From positions 3,743,950-3,807,949 of the forward strand of contig NC_134026.1 in NCBI RefSeq assembly GCF_964204645.1: 64,000 nt of DNA, read 5' to 3'. Below are positions 39,301 to 62,005 of the stretch, in pieces. The DNA is from Tubulanus polymorphus (Eukaryota; Animalia; Nemertea). The position numbers and the translations under genes were made by a program. The first letter of the stretch is position 1. Every line of letters begins with the position of its first letter. The notes beneath the pieces are model-generated. The model was given only the letters and a program-made list of their open reading frames with translations, did no database searches and was not told where the DNA came from.

Positions 39301-40210
39301 ACCAGCCAAAGCCTTTATTCAATCAATGGCTATCATAATGTAATTCTGTGGACCAACAATAGTAATACAAATTGATCTCTCATATCAGACTCAATAATAA
39401 CTAACACCGGTAAAATCGAGACCATTCATAAAATAATTTTTTTGGGAAATTTGTGTCCTCTGATAAGAGTTGTTATGTAAGGTATATAACAATACCTTCT
39501 TAATCACTAAAATGTACTCTATGAATGGTCCCATGTACGCAATACATTGTATGCATAATATCCTGCTCACTTTCTAATTACATAGCATAGCACAGTGGTC
39601 CTGAGGCAGTTTATTACGTTACAATAGGGATTAAGGTTCACTCTCAGTAAACTCTGCTCCCAGTAAAATATCATGGCAATATCTGCTCCAGTGATGAAAT
39701 GGCATGCACTTCTATACGGACGGATCCAGGGCAAATGATGAGCATTTATTCTCGAGTGTTTCGTCTAAGGCAAGAGGCACCCTGGATCTGCCACTAAAAT
39801 CATAGAGCCGTACAGACCTAAATTCAGGATATAAAAGTAGCCTATAATAGGGAAATACGAACAGTAGTTCCACACTGCTCCAACTGAACAGTAAACAGGT
39901 GATAAATTGTGGAGACAATGAGTAATAATCATTCTTAGAAGAAATTCTTTCATACGAGATAAGTACATGTATTTAACAGTATCAAATCGATCATGCTAAT
40001 ATGCATTTGTCACTTTAGGAGTGATTCCTTCTTACACTTTGACCTATGGAAAATAAGGTCGCGTCACTCTTTCTTTCTTCTTCACGCATTCCACTCTTCG
40101 ACGATAAGATACAGAACAAAACCGAACACCCTCGAAACTAGTAAAATACACTCATACTATACACGCCTAACCTGCCAGAATTCAATATTAATTTACTATA
40201 CGAACATACA

Positions 40211-40643
40211 CAGGATCCCTACAGATCGATCATTCCTGGATATAAGGAGTTTTCAAGGAGAAAGTTTTATATTTCATGGAAGCGTCTGCATCACTTTTAT
40301 ATCCTAAATTCTGTTAACTCCTCCTAAATTGGTACTGTTTTATGTCAGTAAACCATTAATTCAATGGTTTTGTAAGCAAAACCTTTATTTTTATCCTTTA
40401 CACTACCCAAACTCAAGTTTCTAATTCGGTAACCACCTAATAGGGTAACAAAAAGATCTTTGTTCCAACTGTACTGATTTAGGCGTAGTTCAATGAACAA
40501 CTTTTAAAAATATCTTTTTCCCTATTTCTCAAAATTGAATGAGTTTTAAAGGAGTTCTTGACATTTATGTTCAAATCAAAAGAGTTTCAAGCATCTTCCA
40601 TTAAGAAGAAGTTTTAAGGAATCAAGGAGTTATAGGGATCCTG
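40211..40643 (+). mobile_element. CAGG...CCTG-ended (hAT-like) non-autonomous element, 33 bp downstream of the nuclear receptor stop codon
   Basis: TIRs caggatcccta / tagggatcctg; shares subterminal sequence with 1645-2236. Confidence 0.75.
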
Positions 40644-40676
40644 ATGCATTACAATCATTGCGACATATCCCATTTA

Positions 40677-42646
40677 TTACTTCAGGTCAAAAACTTCCAG
40701 CATCAGAGGCTCGATTTCATTCGGATTCACGTGTAACAGCACTTTACCGTGGTTCTCTGTCAGCTGCTGTAGTTCGTCGAGTTTGCTCAGTAAACGCGGG
40801 TACAAATTACGAGCGTGCGCGTACGAATGCCGAGACTCCAGATAATGTTTCAACAATGACATGTATTTATCCTGTAAATTCGACACCGATTCTCGTTCTC
40901 GGATATTCGGCCGATCGGGCGAAAACAACGATATCGTCTGCATTATTCCCATTATGTTCGTATCGTTTTGAATCAGCGGTTTCAACGATTGACAGTATTT
41001 CACGTGTTCTTCGTGCAGTTCGACGTAACCGGTCGCTTTTTTCAACACGATCGTCGGTATTTCGCCGTTCGGCGTTATCCACGAGTCCTTTTCCGGGTTG
41101 TAGTGTTCGGCCGAGCGTAGAAACAACGTGCTCAAAACGACGCCCTTTAACAACCAGATCTGACAGTCTTGACTCATGTGCAGGAAATCCTCGAGTCGTT
41201 TCGCGAATTTTATCAAACGCCGCACGATCAATCCGGACGCGTTGACCAGCTGATTCAGCGACGAATTTTCAGACGGATTTTCGTCGAGTTTTGTAAACGT
41301 TATTTCGTACGCGTTGGCGATTTCCGTAATGAGAAAGTATTCGTCGTTGGTGAGTTTACGCGACGGTTGCGGACTGTTGCTGAATACGGGCATCGGAGAT
41401 TGACACAACAATTCGTCGGGAACGGGCGTCGAACTCAACGAACTGGGAACACTCGGCGGACTCGCTTCCGAAGGCGACATGACATTCACCGGTTCAGATT
41501 TTATCTTCGTTTTCGAAGTTGTTTCTCTTTTTATTTTGTTTTTCTTCATCTTTTCGAGGCGTTTCTTTTTCTCCGCATCACCTGAAATGAGTTCGAAACG
41601 TCAAGAGGTATTTATGTGCAATGCGTCGCGAATAAAGATTAAAATTATCAAACCAACGATAAAATAACCATAAGATTGAAACCGACTCCTCTGTCTGCTG
41701 CCAAATTCTTACCTAATATCATATCCTTCTTCATGCCGATTTTCAGACACTTCATCAAACGACAGTATGAGCAAAATCTTCGAGTATTTATATCCAACTG
41801 GCAGTTGCCTTTAAACATACATTTTACAATCTACAAAACAATAAATAAGGCCAATACAGTCTAACCCGCTTAACGGTTGCTCAAAAGTAGGTTACTTAGA
41901 GTTAACCAGTGGTTAGTAGACATAGGGACAATTGAGTGTTCATTGTTACTATGGTATTTCTCCTCCAGGATCCGGTTCCATAGTTGTGGGTTAGAGTTAA
42001 CTCTGAGTTAAGATTAGTTCATTTTCAATATTTTAACTCGGGGTCAAATCTTAACTCACGACTGTGGAACCGGGCCCTGTTATCTTCAAGCAACTTTTAA
42101 GCAACTTGCCCCCCTCCGGTTATTCTATTTCCACCTAACCTGGATATCATTTACATAATAAATTTATGTCATGCATAACGCTTAATCTGCATTTCTCATT
42201 CAGAAATAACTCTAGCAAAGACCGACAATTAATCTTCCGAGATTTTTTTTATTTCGACTTTTAAAATAACTCATGATAATATACCTTGTCTTTGAGAGCA
42301 TTTCGTCGGAAGAACGCCTTACAAGATTCACACGAGATCGCGTCGAAATTATATCCAAGAGCTTTGTCACCGCAAACGCCGCAGATCTTTTTATCTTTGC
42401 ATCGGGTTTTATTTTTATTGTTGGTTTCATTTTGTTCCGAGGGACTCTTCACCATGTCATATTCTTGACATAACTGCAATACGCATAGAAGAATACATTT
42501 CAAGTACACAGTCCATATAGGCCTATTTGCTAAATCACAAGCGTCTTGTAGAATTAACTTACAGTAAAAAGCTGTTGTTCAGTTTCTGAAATGCTACCAG
42601 AGCTCGCGGTACTGGCTTGGCCATTTGCTTCGGCTTCTTCATCCAT
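40677..42646 (-). CDS. Nuclear receptor, NR1J (HR96/DAF-12-like; sister to VDR/PXR/CAR); coding exons 42646-42563, 42473-42285, 41830-41713, 41581-40677; 431 aa
   Basis: [32 protein letters not shown] with the ESCKA P-box typical of NR1J; second finger C-MFKGNC...[17 protein letters not shown]; LBD signature [23 protein letters not shown] and LFSPDRP; AF-2 PLMLEVF. Confidence 0.92.
41875..42113. mobile_element. MITE (gttgctcaaaagt family) carrying a nested gttccacag-family MITE at ~41966-42079, in a nuclear receptor intron
   Basis: Outer ends gttgctcaaaagt / acttttaagcaac match 49624-49758. Inner ends gatccggttccatag / ctgtggaaccgggcc. Confidence 0.7.
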
Positions 42647-43776
42647 GTCGATATAAATCTCCTAACCTTAATCTGCAAACGGAAAAGTATGATTTAGTTT
42701 TCAATACGGTCAGATCCTCGCATTCAATTCAGCATGTACGTTCCCTGAAATGGTTTAAACATTTCACGTGACTGTGCATATCTTTTTATACAAATAGAAG
42801 ATAAGGCCATTTAAGATTATAGGCTATGGCCAACAGGTTTTTTATCTTGCTTATAATTCATGTAACACCAATGCAATGATTAAACACCATATACTAGGGT
42901 AAGAAAGAGAAAACCACCCACCTACAATCTGCATTTAAGGTTTCAAAATAATTTCAAAAATCATTTCCTTAGAAATTGAGTACGCTTGCAGGTGCATTAG
43001 GTCCTGAACCAAGAAAAAGTGAGCATGGACAGGCCAGGTTGGTGGTGAGTCACTGCTACTGGTTAAAACATCTGACCAACTTTCACTTACGGATAGGCCA
43101 AAAATACGAACGAATATTGAGGCTTAACAATAATTTCATAGTACTTTGAAACAGATGTTCACGCCACATACTCACATAATCAATCACAGCAATAGTCAAT
43201 CATAAAATAATCAGCCCCAAATCGATTTACGATCTCTCGATTTCATGTCAAAATCATCGATACAGGAAGTCAGCTGACCGTGACCTGGTACATGTTTGGT
43301 CCGTTCCGGTGTCCGAATATTCGGGATAATAATATTTGCACTTTTACCTTTGATCTACTGAATTTCACAACATTTTCATTTGTGTTAGTCTAAGCTATCA
43401 TTTCAAATCAATTACTTTATTTATAGTCGCAAAAAGTATTTGAATTTATATCCGATTTCGGTAGAGGCACGACAGTACTGCATCGGTGAGGAGTACTGTC
43501 ATGGCTGCCGGTGTAACACGTAATCGTGTTTAATTATCGTTTTGTTGATTTTTACTGATTAATGTGAGTATTTCATCCAGTGATAACAATGTATTTCAAT
43601 CCTTTGGACTAGAAAAATTAGTTTGCAAAATTATTTAGTACTTACTCGCTTTCCCATTAGATCTATAGCTAGAGTAATGTCGCTACTTGATAAGGTAACA
43701 CTATTTGTAGGGTTTGGACTCGGACTCAGCTGAGAAAGACAAGTTATTTTTTGCTCAATATTTCAAAATCATAACA

Positions 43777-46626
43777 ATGGCAAAAGGTGAAGCAAGAAAG
43801 CGAAATAATCCTAAAGGTTCTACACAAGCTACCCAGAAAAACCAATCAGATGCACAAGAAGCAAAGTCCCCACCAACCAAGAATAAATCGTCTTTACCAA
43901 ACTTGATGAAGCAAAAGAAGAAAAAACAGAATGCTGCGATGAATTTAGATGATTTCAGGATCATCTTCGGAATAATTGGAGTTCTATGCATTTTTATGAT
44001 TGTTGGATATGTAATCTACCAAAACGTGTTGAAAGAAAGAATAAGGAAACCACTTGGTGTCATTCCTATCATTGCTCACAACGCGACATCTGCATCAGTT
44101 GATCCACGGAGATTCTGGGGCTCGTACCGGCCGGGAAACTATTTCGGAATGAAAACCAGAAGTCCCAATTCGCCCGTCGCTGGTCTCATGTGGATTGCGC
44201 AACACGGACAGCCGAAACTACGTCACTGGTGCGATCACGGTGATGGCCTACGCAAATACGGCTGGGTTGAACACGACGGCATCAATTTCGGCGTCCAAGA
44301 TATAGTCGACGATGGTTTCGAATTGCAAACGAAATTCGTGAAGCAGCCAGGTGGCAATCATGGCGGTGATTGGACCGCAAAAATATCTGCTAAATCTACG
44401 GTAAGTGAGCAAAAAAATTACCAATTTCATACTGCGTTTAACCCTTTGGTGATGGCCTTTGCTAGTACACTGCACCAAAGATATTAATGTAATTGGTAAT
44501 TAGTTTTTATCTCAGATGAAAGATGCCAGCACATAGCAAACAATAAATAAAATTAGTAACTTACAATACACTGCAGAGTAGTGTAGACACATTACATGCC
44601 TGTTATTTAATGCACTGGGGTGGAATTTTTTTTAAAATTTCAAATCAACTTCAGCACTTTAGGGTAATTAGTCAACTCTGATCGGGTTAAGATAATCAAG
44701 TCGCTATTTTTACGTTTATTACAGCCAGGTCGTGAAAAGTCTGTTCTTTCGTTGATCTTCTACTTTGCACTGGATGGAGAAGGAATCTTGCAGCCTATAG
44801 TCAAGAAAAAGCAGTTGGTTGGGATCAGCGGTAAAACGAAAGACCTCGGAGAGTTTAAGATGGAATTCACGACGTCTTCGACCCAGTTGGAAGCTTTGAA
44901 TTATTTGTATTCATACGCGCCGACTTTGAAAGATATTAAAGACACAGTATTCAACAGTTTTGAACTGAAACAATATGATGAAAGCGTTAAATCGCAGTAT
45001 ATAGCTTTAGGTGGTCATGTGATGGCCAGAGAACATGTAGGTAAAGAGAATATTATAGCGTTTCAAGTGACTACACCAGTGCCATTTGAAATGGAAGTCA
45101 TATTTGAGTCCGGTAGCGTTAGTGAACGTCGCGAAAGACTCGCCGGAAAAGCGTTCACTCGTTCGTTCAAAAAACATCAACAAGATTTTCATTCGAAGTT
45201 TGAAAATGTGTTTAAACTCGAAAAAGCAGGGTACAATAGCAAAGAAATAGCATTCGCGAAAGCGGCGCTTAGTAACATGTTAGGAGGTGTCGGGTACTTT
45301 TATGGGTCTTCAATTGTTCAGTCCGTTCACAATGAAAAACCAATATCATACTGGCAATCTGCTCTTTATACCGGGGTACCATCGCGATCATTCTTTCCTC
45401 GCGGCTTTTTATGGGATGAAGGGTTTCATAATCTTCTTATAAGTAAGTGGAATTCCGAAATATCGAAAGATATCATCGGTCACTGGTTAGATTTGATGAA
45501 CGTTGAAGGGTGGATACCGAGGGAACAGATTTTAGGCGATGAAGCTCGGGCGCGAGTTCCCGGTGAATTCGTCGTTCAAAAAAACCTCAACGCTAATCCT
45601 CCGACATTTTTCTTGCCGCTGAAGCAGTTGGTGAAAGAAATGATTAAAAGTTCGAAATCGGAAGATAAGACGTATCTAGAAAATCTGTTTCCGCGTTTGA
45701 AAGCTTGGTTTAATTGGTATAACGTTACGCAGTCCGGTTCAACTGTGTCATCGTACCGGTGGCACGGACGAGACGCAAAAACTAAATTAGAACTGAATCC
45801 AAAAACGTTGACATCTGGTTTAGATGATTATCCCAGAGCGTCACATCCAACCGATGATGAACGACATGTAGATCTGCGCTGTTGGATGGCTTTAGCTGCT
45901 GGGATTATGGCAGATGTTGCCAAGTCCTTAGGTCAAAACTCTGAAGAGTACATTGCAACTTACAATATGCTTACCGACAACAGACTATTAGACGAGTTTC
46001 ATTGGTGTCCGAAAACTCAACGCTATTGCGATTATGGTCTGCACACCGATCAAGCTCGGCTACAGCGTCCAAAACCGCCTAAAAACCTCCAACCGGGCCA
46101 CGCTCCTCCCCAGCACATCGATTTACCTAAAGAAAGATTTGTGCTCCAAGAACCTAAGCCTCAGTTCATCACCTCTTATGGTTACGTCAGTTTGTTTCCG
46201 TTTCTTCTACAAATACTAGAACCCAATTCCCCGAAATTGAATAGGATATTGAAGGATATCACGAAACCGGATTTGTTGTGGACGCCATACGGTTTGCGTT
46301 CGTTGGCGAGAAATTCGCCGTTTTATAAAAAGTTCAACACTGAACATGACCCGCCATATTGGCGAGGTAATATATGGATAAATTTGAATTACTTAGCCGT
46401 ACGCGCTTTAAATCACTATGCATCGGTCGAAGGACCTAGTCAAAATCTCGCTCGAGACATCTATAAACAATTACGCGATAACATCGTAAAAAATATCTAC
46501 AAAGAATACGAACGTACAGGGTATATATGGGAAAATTACGACGATATGTCTGGCGAGGGTAAGGGCACGCATCCGTTCACAGGCTGGTCGGCACTAGTTG
46601 TGTTGATGATGGCTGAAAATTATTGA
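43777..46626 (+). CDS. MOGS: Mannosyl-oligosaccharide glucosidase (ER glucosidase I, GH63); coding exons 43777-44400 and 44725-46626; 841 aa
   Basis: Basic N-tail plus type II TM segment, FWGSYRPG.YFGMKTRSP, LRHWC, VPSRSFFPRGFLWDEGFH, GWIPREQILGDEAR, TLTSGLDDYPRASHP, EHDPPYWRGNIWINLNYL, HPFTGWSALV. Confidence 0.96.
44442..44686. mobile_element. piggyBac-type MITE filling most of the MOGS coding-region intron
   Basis: TTAA|ccc ... ggg|TTAA; shares gggtggaatttt...cttcagcact.tagggta with 48894-49161. Confidence 0.75.
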
Positions 46627-46721
46627 TACGTATCAGTATTGTTGTGAAAACTTCCTCTTAAACAACTTTCCGGGCCTGGTTTCAAAATATATGGATTGAG
46701 AGAAATGAGCTTAGTCTTCAG

Positions 46722-46832
46722 TGGACCCAGTTCCACAGTCCTGAGTCAAGATTTTTTGACTCTTAGAGTTAACTCATTGAAAATGAATTGATTTTTACAC
46801 GGAGTTAACAATAACTCACAACTGTGGAACTG
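46722..46832. mobile_element. gttccacag-family MITE in the MOGS 3' region
   Basis: gacccagttccacagt ... actgtggaactg with internal gagttaactc palindrome. Confidence 0.7.
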
Positions 46833-48116
46833 TCATGGCGAGCCCTGCTAAGTGTTGTTGCCATGAAAAAATCATGTGTTGCAAATAAAATCTTAAAATC
46901 AAAGTGATTTCTGTAAGCCCAGAATCAAGCCGTCATACATTCCTCTTGTCCGGTGAAGTGTGCTATCATATAGGATATACATGAATTTTTGTTTTGTTTT
47001 GCATATTCATTTTGATCAATACTTTTAATTTACTAGGTGTGTAAATTACATTTTAGGTGCGTGAGGATTTATTCAGCTCAAGTAAAAAACCAGAAGCCCA
47101 TTGATATATGTTATTTTTGAGAATGATGATTGATCATGGATAATTCCTTGTTGAATGTAGTTTTAACTCATTCAAGGTCGGTAATCAAACAGTAATTATT
47201 TAAGGCTCTAGTCTCTAAGACTATTCATATATAATGCGATGTTTTTAAACATTTTCTTTTGTAGTCACAACCGTGTAAAATTGTCCACTATCACACTACC
47301 AATATATGTCAATCAATGAGAAATTGTTTTATATGAATGGAAATTGAAGTTTATTATTCAAGATGCGAATATTTCACAAAATGAATGTATATTTGTTAAT
47401 ATTGATCGGTTTTATTTAAATAAATGTGTCTTTATACGTAAATTATAGTTCTCATTATATATCGATTTATCTCGACATAATTCCATATTAAAGTCCGCAG
47501 TCCGCGTTTTAGTTGTTGACAGATCGATCATAATTTTTCTCTGCTGGTGTGACACCGGTGTTTTAAATGCGAATTTAAACGCCTTTTCCCCCGAATACAA
47601 GGATATCTAGGTAATTTTACTCGGCTGAAGCCCTAGTATTGCCTATGTATGAACCATTTAAAGTCTTAAGTTGGATCAAAAACGCGTGAAAACCATCGTT
47701 ACGTATCTAATTCAAATAAATCAATTTTTATTGAAGAAAATACCCACGTAATAATAGCCTGTTTAGTATCTCTGAATCGGTTAAATATAATCTACAATGC
47801 TTGTATAGTTACCTCTTGTAAAGTCTTGTGTATGTGGGCAATTGTTTAAAGGCTGCGGACTAGAGGGTCCCTTACAATAGCTTTGTAGCTTTTTCCTCTG
47901 CCTCTGGAAGCGGAACGCCTCTAGCTGGCCTAGTATATCATTGTAAGGCCCCTAATATAAATTTATAGGCATTAGATATTTGCAATATTTTGAGGAAAAA
48001 GAAAAAGTACCAATATCCATTGCTAGCACATCTACCCACTGGACCAAAAAGCTCGTTGCAAAACACCAAATCTCTAAACCCACTTTGATAACATGGTTTA
48101 TATACTTTTAAAACCC

Positions 48117-48239
48117 CAGGTCCCAGTTCCACAGTTATGAATTAAGAGTTAACTCTGAGTTAAAGTAAGATCATTTTCGATAAGTTAACTCCGAGTCAAA
48201 TCTTAATTCGGAACTGTGGTACTGTGGTACTGCACCCAG
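48117..48239. mobile_element. gttccacag-family MITE with CAG flanks
   Basis: cag|gtcccagttccacagtt ... aactgtggtactgtggtactgcacc|cag; internal gagttaactc repeats as in 41966-42079. Confidence 0.7.
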
Positions 48240-48893
48240 ACTCCATAGATTGAAAATTACTGAATACTATCTACATTTGGACCGGAAATGTTTGCTAAGC
48301 CTTCTCTAGCACATTATAAGGAATGACTGCTATCGCCTAGTATCTGGCTGTTGTTTCCGAAAAAAAAGTTGTTCTTGGGGTAATTCGAAATTACTTGTTG
48401 GTCTGGGTACGACGCGATCTTATGATTTACCCCTTGTTTCGCAAAAATTTGTACCGGTACTGGACTTTTAAAATGATTCATTTACTCATCTGAACATAAG
48501 ATTTTTGATGTTTTCGCTTCTATGCGTTTTCAAATATATGTATGGGCAATGTATGTATATGGTATGTACTAATGGGAGACACATGCTCATTGCTTTTGCT
48601 TCAGTGTGATATTTGTTTTATAGTTCATTTCGATTTTTCACATGTTTTATTGAGTTTGCGCTTATTATTTTCTAATGGGACCATTCTCACTTATTTTTAA
48701 GGGGACGTGGAAACGTCGGTACTCATGTATGTGGTTGTACATAGTAAGTTAGCAACAATTTCTAACTGCTCAACAGTGCATCATGACCTAAAAAATAGAA
48801 AATTCTACAGTTTGATATTCCATTTGGCCTTCCCAATCAACAACTCGCCAAGACATTTCATATGATGATATATCTCTTGGCAGAATGTATTAA

Positions 48894-49161
48894 CCCTTTC
48901 ACTGCGTCTACACGGCAGCACGAATCAGTGATGGATTGCACTGCTGTGTATTGATTTAATTAGTAATTACTAATTATCTCTCTTGAAAAATGGCAGCACT
49001 TGTCAAACATTGTGAAATATTAGTAACTAACGATATACCGCGCCAGGGTGTAGACGCACTATAGTGCTATTCCTGTTATTCAACACACTAGGGTGGAATT
49101 TTTCAGAATTTTCAAATTATCTTCAGCACTATAGGGTATTAATGAGCCAGCACTGAAAGGG
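48894..49161. mobile_element. piggyBac-type MITE just upstream of GDPD
   Basis: TTAA|ccctttcactgc ... gcactgaaaggg|TTAA. Confidence 0.85.
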
Positions 49162-49332
49162 TTAATGCTTTGAATGTTTTTTTTAATGTAAGTTACTAAG
49201 GAGATAGGCTATGTACGTAAAAGATTGTAAAATTGATTAATTTCCGCTAAATCGGTTTTCCGAATTGTCCTAACTCGAATTCATAAACGACATCAGTCAT
49301 AAATCGTTACGAAGAAGGTATGATTTCGTCGA

Positions 49333-60014
<10,682 letters not shown>

Positions 60015-61936
60015 GTTTATCTTACGTAGGCTACTGGAGAATAAAATGTATATATTATTTGAATCAGGACACCTTCATGAATGAAACATGGCATTCCCAG
60101 ATGAATAATGATGTAGACATCAATCTGCGTCCTGGACCCACCTCCGTTCTTATACTGTTGAACTCATACGGAGGTCCAGACAAAATGGCTTACCGCGCTA
60201 ACGTGGGGTGGCTCCAGGCTGCAGATTGATGTGCTTTCTCACAATACATCTTATAATTTATCAGAGAAGACAATTGTTATGTCTTGTCTTTTTCACGATC
60301 TAAGGCTTCGTTACGTTCTTCCTTAGTAAAATGGCTTCCATTGTAATGGACCAATCTAAAGGCCCTCATTAGTCAATTATGTCTTGGTTATTTGATAAAG
60401 TGATTCATTAATGAAATTGTTAAATTGTCTTTAATGTACTTAGAGAACACATCCTATAATGCTATGATTTACTGCTTGAGGCGGTCATTGGCTGGCAGTC
60501 ATTAGTTAGTTAATGACAAACCTTTTGGCCCCAATTCTTCTGTTCATGATTACCACTGTTAGTGCCAATGATTTAAATTTTAGAGGCCGGCCCTGAGCTG
60601 GTTTACCGGTACGTTGTGATGTATGTGGTTTCTACAGGGCAGAACATGAATGGTTGGCATCATTAAGTGTATGACAAATTTCACGGAACAAAACATCTTA
60701 ATTCTCAGACTCTTTTAGTACCCACCCGGCACAGACCAATGGGTGAAAGGGTAGCCCCGTAAAAATCTAGAGAATGTTTCAAATGGAACCATAATTCAAA
60801 CACCTAAGAACAAAACATTGTACATGTAATATCTTTTAATTAACTTATACAGGGTTTTTAACGATACTGATTTACCAATAACTTTTATGATGAAATTAAT
60901 GATGGAATTTTTGATGAAATCAGATAATCTAACTGAAATGTATACTGTGTAAATAGATTATCATGTACTACACGCATTTTTACAGGCTCAAAGCTTTGCT
61001 GTAGATATCAAATTATATGAAGTATGAAGTAGTTGGTAGAAATGAGGTGCAATTCGCGATAGTATATCGTAAATCAAAATACATGCATTAGCTTGACCAA
61101 AATAGACTAGCCTATTTACTAATAGCCCGCTGGGTATTTACTAATGTTTATACTATAAATCGCTTGTTGTTGTTGCATAATATTTAGCTGTCTGTATTTA
61201 GGACTTACGATCATTAAGGACTAATTTTCATTAATGGTTATCAAATTAAGGCCCCTATGCGTGTACAGTATTCTAAGCTCGGTTGAAATCATGGTCAATC
61301 AAATTATCATTTTATCTTTGTACGCTTCCGGCATAAACCTCATTGTGGATAGTAATTCGCTGAATATATTCATATATCACAGCGATTAAAAACTTGTGCT
61401 GTGAAGTCATTTACATGAAAGTTTTAGAATTTAGCGGTCGATTTTTTGTTGACGACTATTCCTTGTTAGCGATTCAGTGATCTTGTTTAATATTTATATC
61501 GTATTCCATACGTTTTCATGTGGGGTTTAATGTAGAAATATTGCTCACATTCATAGATTTAGATCAGATATTGCCCGCACACTTGCCCAGAAAATCTTAT
61601 TTACAGTGCAGTGCTGTGCTGTTTTATGTATGTTTATAGAGTTGATACAATTTACCATATTTGTGAGTTGGAGCTTTGGATAGAATATGAAAAACCATAT
61701 GATAACAAATGTTTGACACTTTTAGCGAATCCTACTAGTTGCTATGTCCCTGTTAATACCCCGGAGTTAGAAATTGTATGTAACGTATATACCGAAAATC
61801 GAAAATTATTGTAATCGGTTGCATTTCCTAATTAATAAATTACCTAATTTAAGTCTCCCAATTAAGGCAATTTTCACAATCAGCCTTAATGCCTTGTAGT
61901 GCACGAAAGTACGGTCAGTCTTGATATACCACCTCA

Positions 61937-62005
61937 AGGATCGTTCATTTATTACGTATGCAAAAAAGGTCAAATTTCATGCGTACGTAATAAATGAATG
62001 ATCCC
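61937..62005. mobile_element. Short deletion derivative of the 4284-4446 Harbinger-type MITE
   Basis: tca|aggatcgttcatttattacgtatgca ... tgcgtacgtaataaatgaatgatccc|tca (3-bp TNA duplication). Confidence 0.8.

Noticed and set aside
40658-41585. Plus-strand ORFs of 195 aa and 138 aa
   Set aside because: Antisense to the CpG-rich nuclear receptor LBD exon; no recognisable domain.
60130-60180. SECIS-like reading of the GDPD 3' UTR hairpin
   Set aside because: Spacing and strand do not fit AUGA/AA/GA, and the GDPD model has no internal in-frame UGA.
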